64,000 bases of DNA, from NCBI GenBank assembly GCA_964016885.1, contig OZ024744.1, forward strand, positions 132,866,001 to 132,930,000. The letters are read 5' to 3'. The position numbers were made by a program, and so were the translations under genes. Origin of the DNA: Eledone cirrhosa (Eukaryota). Under the pieces are notes generated by a model. The model ran no database searches and had not been told where the DNA came from. It saw nothing but the letters and a program-made list of their open reading frames with translations. This document shows, piece after piece, positions 1-11,573 of the stretch (position 1 is its first letter; every line of letters starts with the position of its first letter).

Positions 1-544
1 CCCCAACTTAACTTAACCCCAACTTAACTTAACCCCAACTTAACTTAACCCCAACTTAAATTAACCCCAACTTAACTTAAACTCAACTTAACTAACCAAC
101 TTAACTTAACCCCAACTTAACTTGACCCCAACTTAACTTAACCCCAACTTAACTTAAACCCAACTTAACTTAACCCCAACTTAACTTAACCCCAACTTAA
201 CTTAACCCCAACTTAACCCCAAATTAAATTAACCTCAACTTAACTTAACCCCAACTTAACTTAGCCCCAACTTAACTTAGCCCCAACTTAACTTAGCCCC
301 AACTTAACTTAACCCCAACTTAACTTAACCGCACCTTAACTTAACCTCAACTTAACTTAACTGCAACTTAACTTAACCCCAACTTAACTTAACCCCAACT
401 TAACTCAAAACCAACTTAACTCAACCCCAACTTAACTCAACCCCAATTTAACTCAACCCCAACTTAACTCAACCCCAACTTAACTTAACCCCAACTTAAC
501 TGAACCCTAACTTAACTTAACCCCAACTTAACTTAACCCCAACT

Positions 545-2830
545 TAATTTAACCCCAACTTAACTTAACCTCAACTTAACTTAACCCCAACTTAACTTAA
601 CCCCATCTTAACTTAACCCCAACTTAACTTAACCCCAACTTAACTTAACCCCAACTTAAATTAACCCCAACTTAACTTAACCCCAACTTAACTTAACCCC
701 GACTTAACTTAACCCCAACTTAACTTAACCCCAACTTAACTTAACCCCAACTTAACCCCAACTTAACTTGACCCCAACTTAACTTAACCCCAACTTAACT
801 CAACCCCAACTTAACTTAACCCCAACTTAACTCAGCCCCAACTTAACTCAGCCCCAACTTAACTTAGCCCCAACTTAACTTAACACCAACTTAACTTAAC
901 CCCACCTTAACTTAACCCCAACTTAACTTAAGCCCAACTTAACTTATCCCCAACTTAACTGAACCCCAACTTAACTTAACCCCAACTTAATATAACCCCA
1001 ACTTAACTTAACCCCAACTTAAATCAACCCCAACTTAAATTAACCCCAACTTAACTTAACCCCAACTTAAGTTAACCCCAACTTAATTAACCCCAACTTG
1101 AATTAACCCCATCTTAACTTAACACCAACTTAACGTAACCCCAACTTAATTTAACCCCAACTTAAATTAACCCCAACTTAACTTGCCCCCAACTTAACTT
1201 ACCCCCAACGTAACCTAACCCCAACTTAATTTAACCCCAACTTAATTTAACCCCAACTTAACTTAACCCCAAATTAACTCAACCCCAACTTAACTCAACC
1301 CCAACTTAACTTAACCCCAACTTAACTTAACCCCAACTTAACTTAACCACAAATTAACTTAGCCCCAACTTAAATTAACCCCAACTTAACTCAACCACAA
1401 CTTAACTTAACCCCGACCTAACTTAACCCCAACTTAACTTAACCCCAACTTAACTTAACCCCAACTTCACTCAACCTCAACTTAACTCAACCCCAACTTA
1501 ACCCCAACTTAACTTAACCCCAACTTAAATTAACCACAAAGTTAACTTAACCCCAATTTAAATTAACCCCAACTTAACTTAACCCCAACTTAACATAACC
1601 ACCACTTAATTAACCCCAACTTAACTCAACCCCAACTTAACTTAACCCCAACTTAACTTAACCCCAACTTAACTTAAACCCAACTTAACTTAACCCCAAC
1701 TTAAATTATCCCCAACTTAACTTATCCCCAACTTAACTTAACCCCAACTTAACTTAACCCCAACTTAACTTAACCCCAACTTAATTTAACCCCAACTTAA
1801 CTTAACCTCAACTTAACTTAACCCCAACTTAACTTAACCCCATCTTAACTTAACCCCAACTTAACTTAACCCCAACTTAACTTAACCCCAACTTAAATTA
1901 ACCCCAACTTAACTTAACCCCAACTTAACTTAACCCCGACTTAACTTAACCCCAACTTAACTTAACCCCAACTTAACTTAACCCGAACTTAACCCCAACT
2001 TAACTTGACCCCAACTTAACTTAACCCCAACTTAACTCAACCCCAACTTAACTTAACCCCAACTTAACTCAGCCCCAACTTAACTCAGCCCCAACTTAAC
2101 TTAGCCCCAACTTAACTTAACACCAACTTAACTTAACCCCACCTTAACTTAACCCCAACTTAACTTAACCCCAACTTAACTTATCCCCAACTTAACTGAA
2201 CCCCAACTTAACTTAACCCCAACTTAATATAACCCCAACTTAAATTAACCCCAACTTAACTTAACCCCAACTTAACTTAACCCCAACTTAATTAACCCCA
2301 ACTTAAATTAACCCCAACTTAACTTAACACCAACTTAACGTAACCCCAACTTAATTTAACCCCAACTTAAATTAACCCCAACTTAACTTGCCCCCAACTT
2401 AACTTACCCCCAACGTAACTTAACCCCAACTTAATTTAACCCCAACTTAATTTAACCCCAACTTAACTTAACCCCAAATTAACTCAACCCCAACTTAACT
2501 CAACCCCAACTTAACTTAACCCCAACTTAACTTAACCCCAACTTAACTTAACCACAAATTAACTTAGCCCCAACTTAAATTAACCCCAACTTAACTCAAC
2601 CACAACTTAACTTAACCCCGACCTAACTTAACCCCAACTTAACTTAACCCCAACTTAACTTAACCCCAACTTCACTCAACCCCAACTTAACTCAACCCCA
2701 ACTTAACCCCAACTTAACTTAACCCCAACTTAAATTAACCACAAAGTTAACTTAACCCCAATTTAAATTAACCCCAACTTAACTTAACCCCAACTTAACA
2801 TAACCACCACTTAATTAACCCCAACTTAAC
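545..2830 (+). repeat. Higher-order tandem duplication, period about 1.2 kb (boundaries approximate)
   Basis: The ordered variant string TTGCCCCC, CCCCGACCTAAC, CACAAAGTT, CATAACCACCAC recurs. The G of CACAAAG lies at 1541 and 2746. Confidence 0.8.
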
Positions 2831-2997
2831 TCAACCCCAACTTAACTTAACCCTAACTTAACTTAACCCCAACTTAACCGCAACTTAACTTAACCCCAAC
2901 TTAACTTACCCCCAACTTAACTTACCCCCCAACTTAACTGAACCCCAACTTAAGTTAAGCCTAACTTAACTTAACGCCAACTTAACTTAACCCCGAC

Positions 2998-3173
2998 TTA
3001 GGGCTTAAGTTAAGTTGGGGCTAAGTTAAGTTGGGGTTAAGTCAAGTTGGAAGTTGTGGTTGAGTGAAGTTGGGGTTAAGTTAAGTTGGGGTTGAGTGAA
3101 GTTGGGGTTAAGTTAAGTTGGGGTTGAGTTACGTTGGGGTTGAGTGAAGTTGGGGTTAAGTTAAGTTGGGGTT
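2998..3173 (-). repeat. Inverted satellite cassette copy 1 (176 bp)
   Basis: Strand switch at CCCCGAC|TTAGGGCTTAAGTTAAG, returning at GGGGTT|AACCCC. Carries the GAGTTACG allele. Confidence 0.97.
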
Positions 3174-3200
3174 AACCCCAACTTAACTTAACCCCAACTT
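3147..3200. other. Perfect 54-bp spacerless palindrome at the right junction of cassette 1 (equivalent at the other cassettes)
   Basis: AAGTTGGGGTTAAGTTAAGTTGGGGTT|AACCCCAACTTAACTTAACCCCAACTT: 27-bp arms centred on TT|AA (3173/3174). Confidence 0.93.
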
Positions 3201-6200
3201 AACTTAACCCCAACTTAACTTAACCCCAACATAACTTAACCCCAACTTAAATTAACCCCAACTTAACTTAAACTCAACTTAACTAACCAACTTAACTTAA
3301 CCCCAACTTAACTTAACCCCAACTTAACTTAACCCCAACTTAACTTAACCCCAACTTAACTTAACCCCAACTTAAATTAACCCCAACTTAACTTAACCCC
3401 AACTTAACTTAACCCCGACTTAACTTAACCCCAACTTAACTTAACCCCAACTTAACTTAGCCCCAACTTAACTTAGCCCCAACTTAACTTAGCCCCAACT
3501 TAACTTAACCCCAACTTAACATAACCGCACCTTAACTTAACCTCAACTTAACTTAACTGCAACTTAACTTAACCCCAACTTAACTTAACCCCAACTTAAC
3601 TCAACACCAACTTAACTCAACCCCAACTTAACTCAACCCCAATTTAACTCAACCCCAACTTAACTCAACCCCAACTTAACTTAACCCCAACTTAACTGAA
3701 CCCTAACTTAACTTAACCCCGACTTAAATTAAGCCCAACTTAACTTAACCCCAACTTAACTCAGCCCCAACTTAACTTAGCCCTAACTTAACTTAACCCC
3801 AACTTAACTTAACCCCAACTTAATTAACCCCAACTTAAATTAACCCCAACTTAACTTAACACCAACTTAACATAACCCCATCTTAAATAAACCCCAACTT
3901 AAATTAACCCCAACTTAACTTAACCCCAACTTAACTTAACCCCAACTTAACTCAGCCCCAACTTAACTTAGCCCCAACTTAACTTAACCCCAACTTAACT
4001 TAACCCCAACTTAACTTAACCCCAACTTAACTTATCCCCAACTTAACTTAACCCCAACTTAACTTAAACCCAACTTAACTTAACCCCAACTTAAACTATC
4101 CCCAACTTAACTTATCCCCAACTTAACTTAACCCCAACTTAACTTAACCCCAACTTAACTTAACCCCAACTTAATTTAACCCCAACTTAACTTAACCTCA
4201 ACTTAACTTAACCCCAACTTAACTTAACCCAAACTTAACTTAACCCCAACTTAAATTAGCCCCAACTTAACTTAACCCCAACTTAAATTAACCCCAACTT
4301 AACTTAACCCCAACTTAACTTAACCCCGACTTAAATTAACCCCAACTTAACTTAACCCCAACTTAACTTAACCCCAACTTAACCACAAATTAACTTAACC
4401 CCAACTTAACTTAACCCCAACTTAACTTAACCCCAACTTAACTTAACCCCAACTTAACTTAACCCCAACTTAACTTAAACCTAACTTAACTTAACCCCAA
4501 CTTAACCCCAACTTAACTTGACCCCAACTTAACTTAACCCCAACTTAACTCAACCCCAACTTAACTTAACCCCAACTTCACTCAGCCCCAACTTAACTCA
4601 GCCCCAACTTAACTTAGCCCCAACTTAACTTAACACCAACTTAACTTAACCCCAACTTAACTTAACCCCAACTTAACTTAACCCCAACTTAACTCAACCC
4701 CAACTTAACTCAGCCCCAACTTAACTCAGCCCCAACTTAACTTAGCCCCAACTTAACTTAACACCAACTTAACTTAACCCCAACTTAACTTAACCCCAAC
4801 TTAACTTAACCCCAACTTAACTTATCCCCAACTTAACTGAACCCCAACTTAACTTAACCCCAACTTAATATAACCCCAACTTAACTTAACCCCAACTTAA
4901 CTCAACCCCAACTTAAATTAACCCCAACTTAACTTAACCCCAACTTAACTTAACCCCAACTTAATTAACCCCAACTTAAATTAACCCCAACTTAACTTAA
5001 CACCAACTTAACGTAACCCCAACTTAACTTAACCCCAACTTAACTTAAACCTAACTTACCTTAACCCCAACTTAACCCCAACTTAACTTGACCCCAACTT
5101 AACTTAACCCCAACTTAACTCAACCCCAACTTAACTTAACCCCAACTTAACTCAGCCCCAACTTAACTCAGCCCCAACTTAACTTAGCCCCAACTTAACT
5201 TAACACCAACTTAACTTAACCCCAACTTAACTTAACCCCAACTTAACTTAACCCCAACTTAACTTATCCCCAACTTAACTGAACCCCAACTTAACTGAAC
5301 CCCAACTTAAATTAACCCCAACTTAACTTAACCCCAACTTAACTTAACCCCAACTTAACTCAACACCAACTTAACTCAACCCCAACTTAACTCAACCCCA
5401 ATTTAACTCAACCCCAACTTAACTCAACCCCAACTTAACTTAACCCCAACTTAACTGAACCCTAACTTAACTTAACCCCGACTTAACTTAACCCCGACTT
5501 AACTTAACCCCAACTTAACTTAACCCCAACTTAACTTAACCCCAACTTAACTTAACCCCAACTTAATTTAACCCCATCTTAACCCCAACTTAACTTAACC
5601 CCAACTTAACTGAACCCCAACTTAAATAAACCCCAACTTAACTTAACCCCAAGTTAACTTAACCCCAACTTAACTTAACCCCAACTTAACTCAGCCCCAA
5701 CTTAACTTAGCCCCAACTTAACTTAACCCCAACTTAACTTAACCCCAACTTAACTTAACCCCAACTTAACTTAACCCCAACTTAACTTAACCCCAACTTA
5801 ACTTAAACCCAACTTAACTTAACCCCAACTTAAATTATCCCCAACTTAACTTATCCCCAACTTAACTTAACCCCAACTTAACTTAACCCCAACTTAACTT
5901 AACCCCAACTTAACTTAACCTCAACTTAACTTAACCCCAACTTAACTTAACCCCATCTTAACTTAACCCCAACTTAACTTAACCCCAACTTAACTTAACC
6001 CCAACTTAAATTAACCCCAACTTAACTTAACCCCAACTTAACTTAACCCCGACTTAACTTAACCCCAACTTAACTTAACCCCAACTTAACTTAACCCCAA
6101 CTTAACCCCAACTTAACTTGACCCCAACTTAACTTAACCCCAACTTAACTCAACCCCAACTTAACTTAACCCCAACTTAACTCAGCCCCAACTTAACTCA

Positions 6201-7045
6201 GCCCCAACTTAACTTATCCCCAACTTAACTGAACCCCAACTTAACTTAACCCCAACTTAATATAACCCCAACTTAACTTAACCCCAACTTAACTCAACCC
6301 CAACTTAAATTAACCCCAACTTAACTTAACCCCAACTTAACTTAACCCCAACTTAATTAACCCCAACTTAAATTAACCCCAACTTAACTTAACACCAACT
6401 TAACGTAACCCCAACTTAATTTAACCCCAACTTAAATTAACCCCAACTTAACTTGCCCCCAACTTAACTTACCCCCAACGTAACTTAACCCCAACTTAAT
6501 TTAACCCCAACTTAACTTAACCCCAAATTAACTCAACCCCAACTTAACTCAACCCCAACTTAACTTAACCCCAACTTAACTTAACCCCAACTTAACTTAA
6601 CCACAAATTAACTTAGCCCCAACTTAAATTAACCCCAACTTAACTCAACCACAACTTAACTTAACCCCGACCTAACTTAACCCCAACTTAACTTAACCCC
6701 AACTTAACTTAACCCCAACTTCACTCAGCCCCAACTTAACTCAACCCCAACTTAACCCCAACTTAACTTAACCCCAACTTAAATTAACCACAAAGTTAAC
6801 TTAACCCCAATTTAAATTAACCCCAACTTAACTTAACCCCAACTTAACATAACCACCACTTAATTAACCCCAACTTAACTCAACCCCAACTTAACTTAAC
6901 CCTAACTTAACTTAACCCCAACTTAACCGCAACTTAACTTAACCCCAACTTAACTTACCCCCAACTTAACTTACCCCCAACTTAACTGAACCCCAACTTA
7001 AGTTAAGCCTAACTTAACTTAACGCCAACTTAACTTAACCCCGAC

Positions 7046-7221
7046 TTAGGGCTTAAGTTAAGTTGGGGCTAAGTTAAGTTGGGGTTAAGTCAAGTTGGAA
7101 GTTGTGGTTGAGTGAAGTTGGGGTTAAGTTAAGTTGGGGTTGAGTGAAGTTGGGGTTAAGTTAAGTTGGGGTTGAGTTAAGTTGGGGTTGAGTGAAGTTG
7201 GGGTTAAGTTAAGTTGGGGTT
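7046..7221 (-). repeat. Inverted satellite cassette copy 2 (176 bp)
   Basis: Same junctions as copy 1. Carries the GAGTTAAG allele. Confidence 0.97.
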
Positions 7222-10200
7222 AACCCCAACTTAACTTAACCCCAACTTAACTTAACCCCAACTTAACTTAACCCCAACTTAACTTAACCCCAACATAACT
7301 TAACCCCAACTTAAATTAACCCCAACTTAACTTAAACTCAACTTAACTAACCAACTTAACTTAACCCCAACTTAACTTAACCCCAACTTAACTTAACCCC
7401 AACTTAACTTAACCCCAACTTAACTTAACCCCAACTTAAATTAACCCCAACTTAACTTAACCCCAACTTAACTTAACCCCGACTTAACTTAACCCCAACT
7501 TAACTTAACCCCAACTTAACTTAGCCCCAACTTAACTTAGCCCCAACTTAACTTAGCCCCAACTTAACTTAACCCCAACTTAACATAACCGCACCTTAAC
7601 TTAACCTCAACTTAACATAACTGCAACTTAACTTAACCCCAACTTAACTTAACCCCAACTTAACTCAACACCAACTTAACTCAACCCCAACTTAACTCAA
7701 CCCCAATTTAACTCAACCCCAAGTTAACTCAACCCCAACTTAACTTAACCCCAACTTAACTGAACCCTAACTTAACTTAACCCCGACTTAAATTAAGCCC
7801 AACTTAACTTAACCCCAACTTAACTCAGCCCCAACTTAACTTAGCCCTAACTTAACTTAACCCCAACTTAACTTAACCCCAACTTAATTAACCCCAACTT
7901 AAATTAACCCCAACTTAACTTAATACCAACTTAACGTAACCCCATCTTAAATAAACCCCAACTTAAATTAACCCCAACTTAACTTAAACCCAACTTAACT
8001 TAACCCCAACTTAACTCAGCCCCAACTTAACTTAGCCCCAACTTAACTTAACCCCAACTTAACTTAACCCCAACTTAACTTAACCCCAACCTAACTTATC
8101 CCCAACTTAACTTAACCCCAACTTAACTTAAACCCAACTTAACTTAACCCCAACTTAAACTATCCCCAACTTAACTTATCCCCAACTTAACTTAACCCCA
8201 ACTTAACTTAACCCCAACTTAACTTAACCCCAACTTAATTTAACCCCAACTTAACTTAACCTCAACTTAACTTAACCCCAACTTAACTTAACCCCAACTT
8301 AACTTAACCCCAACTTAAATTAGCCCCAACTTAACTTAACCCCAACTTAAATTAACCCCAACTTAACTTAACCCCAACTTAACTTAACCCCGACTTAAAT
8401 TAACCCCAACTTAACTTAACCCCAACTTAACTTAACCCCAACTTAACTTAACCACAAATTAACTTAACCCCAACTTAACTTAACCCCAACTTAACTTAAC
8501 CCCAACTTAACTTAACCCCAACTTAACTTAAACCTAACTTAACTTAACCCCAACTTAACCCCAACTTAACTTGACCCCAACTTAACTTAACCCCAACTTA
8601 ACTCAACCCCAACTTAACTTAACCCCAACTTCACTCAGCCCCAACTTAACTCAGCCCCAACTTAACTTAGCCCCAACTTAACTTAACACCAACTTAACTT
8701 AACCCCAACTTAACCCCAACTTAACTTAACCCCAACTTAACTCAGCCCCAACTTAACTTAACCCCAACTTAACTCAGCCCCAACTTAACTCAGCCCCAAC
8801 TTAACTTAGCCCCAACTTAACTTAACACCAACTTAACTTAACCCCAACTTAACTTAACCCCAACTTAACTTAACCCCAACTTAACTTATCCCCAACTTAA
8901 CTGAACCCCAACTTAACTTAACCCCAACTTAATATAACCCCAACTTAACTTAACCCCAACTTAACTCAACCCCAACTTAAATTAACCCCAACTTAACTTA
9001 ACCCCAACTTAACTTAACCCCAACTTAATTAACCCCAACTTAAATTAACCCCAACTTAACTTAACACCAACTTAACGTAACCCCAACTTAACTTAACCCC
9101 AACTTAACTTAAACCTAACTTAACTTAACCCCAACTTAACCCCAACTTAACTTGACCCCAACTTAACTTAACCCCAACTTAACTCAACCCCAACTTAACT
9201 TAACCCCAACTTAACTCAGCCCCAACTTAACTCAGCCCCAACTTAACTTAGCCCCAACTTAACTTAACACCAACTTAACTTAACCCCAACTTAACTTAAC
9301 CCCAACTTAACTTAACCCCAACTTAACTTATCCCCAACTTAACTGAACCCCAACTTAACTGAACCCCAACTTAAATTAACCCCAACTTAACTTAACCCCA
9401 ACTTAACTTAACCCCAACTTAACTCAACACCAACTTAACTCAACCCCAACTTAACTCAACCCCAATTTAACTCAACCCCAACTTAACTCAACCCCAACTT
9501 AACTTAACCCCAAATTAACTGAACCCTAACTTAACTTAACCCCGACTTAACTTAACCCCGACTTAACTTAACCCCAACTTAACTTAACCCCAACTTAACT
9601 TAACCCCAACTTAACTTAACCCCAACTTAATTTAACCCCATCTTAACCCCAACTTAACTTAACCCCAACTTAACTGAACCCCAACTTAAATTAACCCCAA
9701 CTTAAATAAACCCCAACTTAACTTAACCCCAACTTAACTTAACCCCAACTTAACTTAACCCCAACTTAACTCAGCCCCAACTTAACTTAGCCCCAACTTA
9801 ACTTAACCCCAACTTAACTTAACCCCAACTTAACTTAACCCCAACTTAACTTAACCCCAACTTAACTTAACCCCAATTTAACTTAAACCCAACTTAACTT
9901 AACCCCAACTTAAATTATCCCCAACTTAACTTATCCCCAACTTAACTTAACCCCAACTTAACTTAACCCCAACTTAACTTAACCCCAACTTAATTTAACC
10001 CCAACTTAACTTAACCTCAACTTAACTTAACCCCAACTTAACTTAACCCCATCTTAACTTAACCCCAACTTAACTTAACCCCAACTTAACTTAACCCCAA
10101 CTTAAATTAACCCCAACTTAACTTAACCCCAACTTAACTTAACCCCGACTTAACTTAACCCCAACTTAACTTAACCCCAACTTAACTTAACCCCAACTTA

Positions 10201-11397
10201 ACCCCAACTTAACTTGACCCCAACTTAACTTAACCCCAACTTAACTTAAACTTAACTTAACTTAACCCCAACTTAACCCCAACTTAACTTGACCCCAACT
10301 TAACTTAACCCCAACTTAACTCAACCCCAACTTAACTTAACCCCAACTTAACTCAGCCCCAACTTAACTCAGCCCCAACTTAACTTAGCCCCAACTTAAC
10401 TTAACACCAACTTAACTTAACCCCAACTTAACTTAACCCCAACTTAACTTAACCCCAACTTAACTTATCCCCAACTTAACTGAACCCCAACTTAACTCAA
10501 CCCCAACTTAAATTAACCCCAACTTAACTTAACCCCAACTTAACTTAACCCCAACTTAATTAACCCCAACTTAAATTAACCCCAACTTAACTTAACACCA
10601 ACTTAACGTAACCCCAACTTAATTTAACCCCAACTTAAATTAACCCCAACTTAACTTGCCCCCAACTTAACTTACCCCCAACTTAACTTAACCCCAACTT
10701 AATTTAACCCCAACTTAATTTAACCCCAACTTAACTTAAACCCAACTTAACTTAACCCCAACTTAACTTAACCCCAAATTAACTCAACCCCAACTTAACT
10801 CAACCCCAACTTAACTTAACCACAAATTAAATTAGCCCCAACTTAAATTAACCCCAACTTAACTCAACCACAACTTAACTTAACCCCGACTTAACTTAAC
10901 CCCACCTTAACTTAACCTCAACTTAACTTAACTGCAACTTAACTTAACCCCAACTTAACTTAACCCCAACTTAACTCAACACCAACTTAACTCAACCCCA
11001 ACTTAACTCAACGCCAATTTAACTCAACCCCAACTTAACTCAACCCCAACTTAACTTAACCCCGACTTAAATTAACCCCGACTTAACTTAACCCCAACTT
11101 AACTCAACCCCAACTTAACTTAACCCCAACTTAAATTAACCACAAAGTTAACTTAACCCCAATTTAAATTAACCCCAACTTAACTTAACCCCAACTTAAC
11201 ATAACCACCACTTAATTAACCCCAACTTAACTCAACCCCAACTTAACTTAACCCTAACTTAACTTAACCCCAACTTAACCGCAACTTAACTTAACCCCAA
11301 CTTAACTTACCCCCAACTTAACTTACCCCCAACTTAACTGAACCCCAACTTAAGTTAAGCCTAACTTAACTTAACGCCAACTTAACTTAACCCCGAC

Positions 11398-11573
11398 TTA
11401 GGGCTTAAGTTAAGTTGGGGCTAAGTTAAGTTGGGGTTAAGTCAAGTTGGAAGTTGTGGTTGAGTGAAGTTGGGGTTAAGTTAAGTTGGGGTTGAGTGAA
11501 GTTGGGGTTAAGTTAAGTTGGGGTTGAGTTAAGTTGGGGTTGAGTGAAGTTGGGGTTAAGTTAAGTTGGGGTT
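11398..11573 (-). repeat. Inverted satellite cassette copy 3 (176 bp)
   Basis: Same junctions. GAGTTAAG allele, appears identical to copy 2. Confidence 0.97.

Noticed and set aside
2998-3003. TTAGGG as a vertebrate-type telomere repeat or healing seed
   Set aside because: It is a single hexamer at the junction, explicable as a CCCTAA variant monomer in reverse. No tandem TTAGGG is present.
2998-3175. Cassette as a MITE or transposon with TTA/TTAA target duplication (PIF/Harbinger- or piggyBac-like)
   Set aside because: The ends (GGGC...GGGG) are not inverted repeats, the interior is plain satellite, all copies share the same flanks (no independent insertions), and TTAA is ubiquitous here.
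3160-3190. Chromosome end-to-end telomere fusion site (G-strand to C-strand head-to-head)
   Set aside because: The geometry fits, but the G-strand side is only 176 bp, reverts to the same array upstream and recurs nine times. A local inversion amplified with the array is simpler.
3147-3200. Rho-independent terminator or structured ncRNA hairpin
   Set aside because: There is no upstream gene and no U-tract. The symmetry follows directly from the inversion junction.
10241-10270. Pure (AACTT)n pentamer run as a separate microsatellite (also about 14561-14590)
   Set aside because: It keeps the 16-bp register. The CCCC tract has mutated to ACTT, probably via the common ACCT variant.
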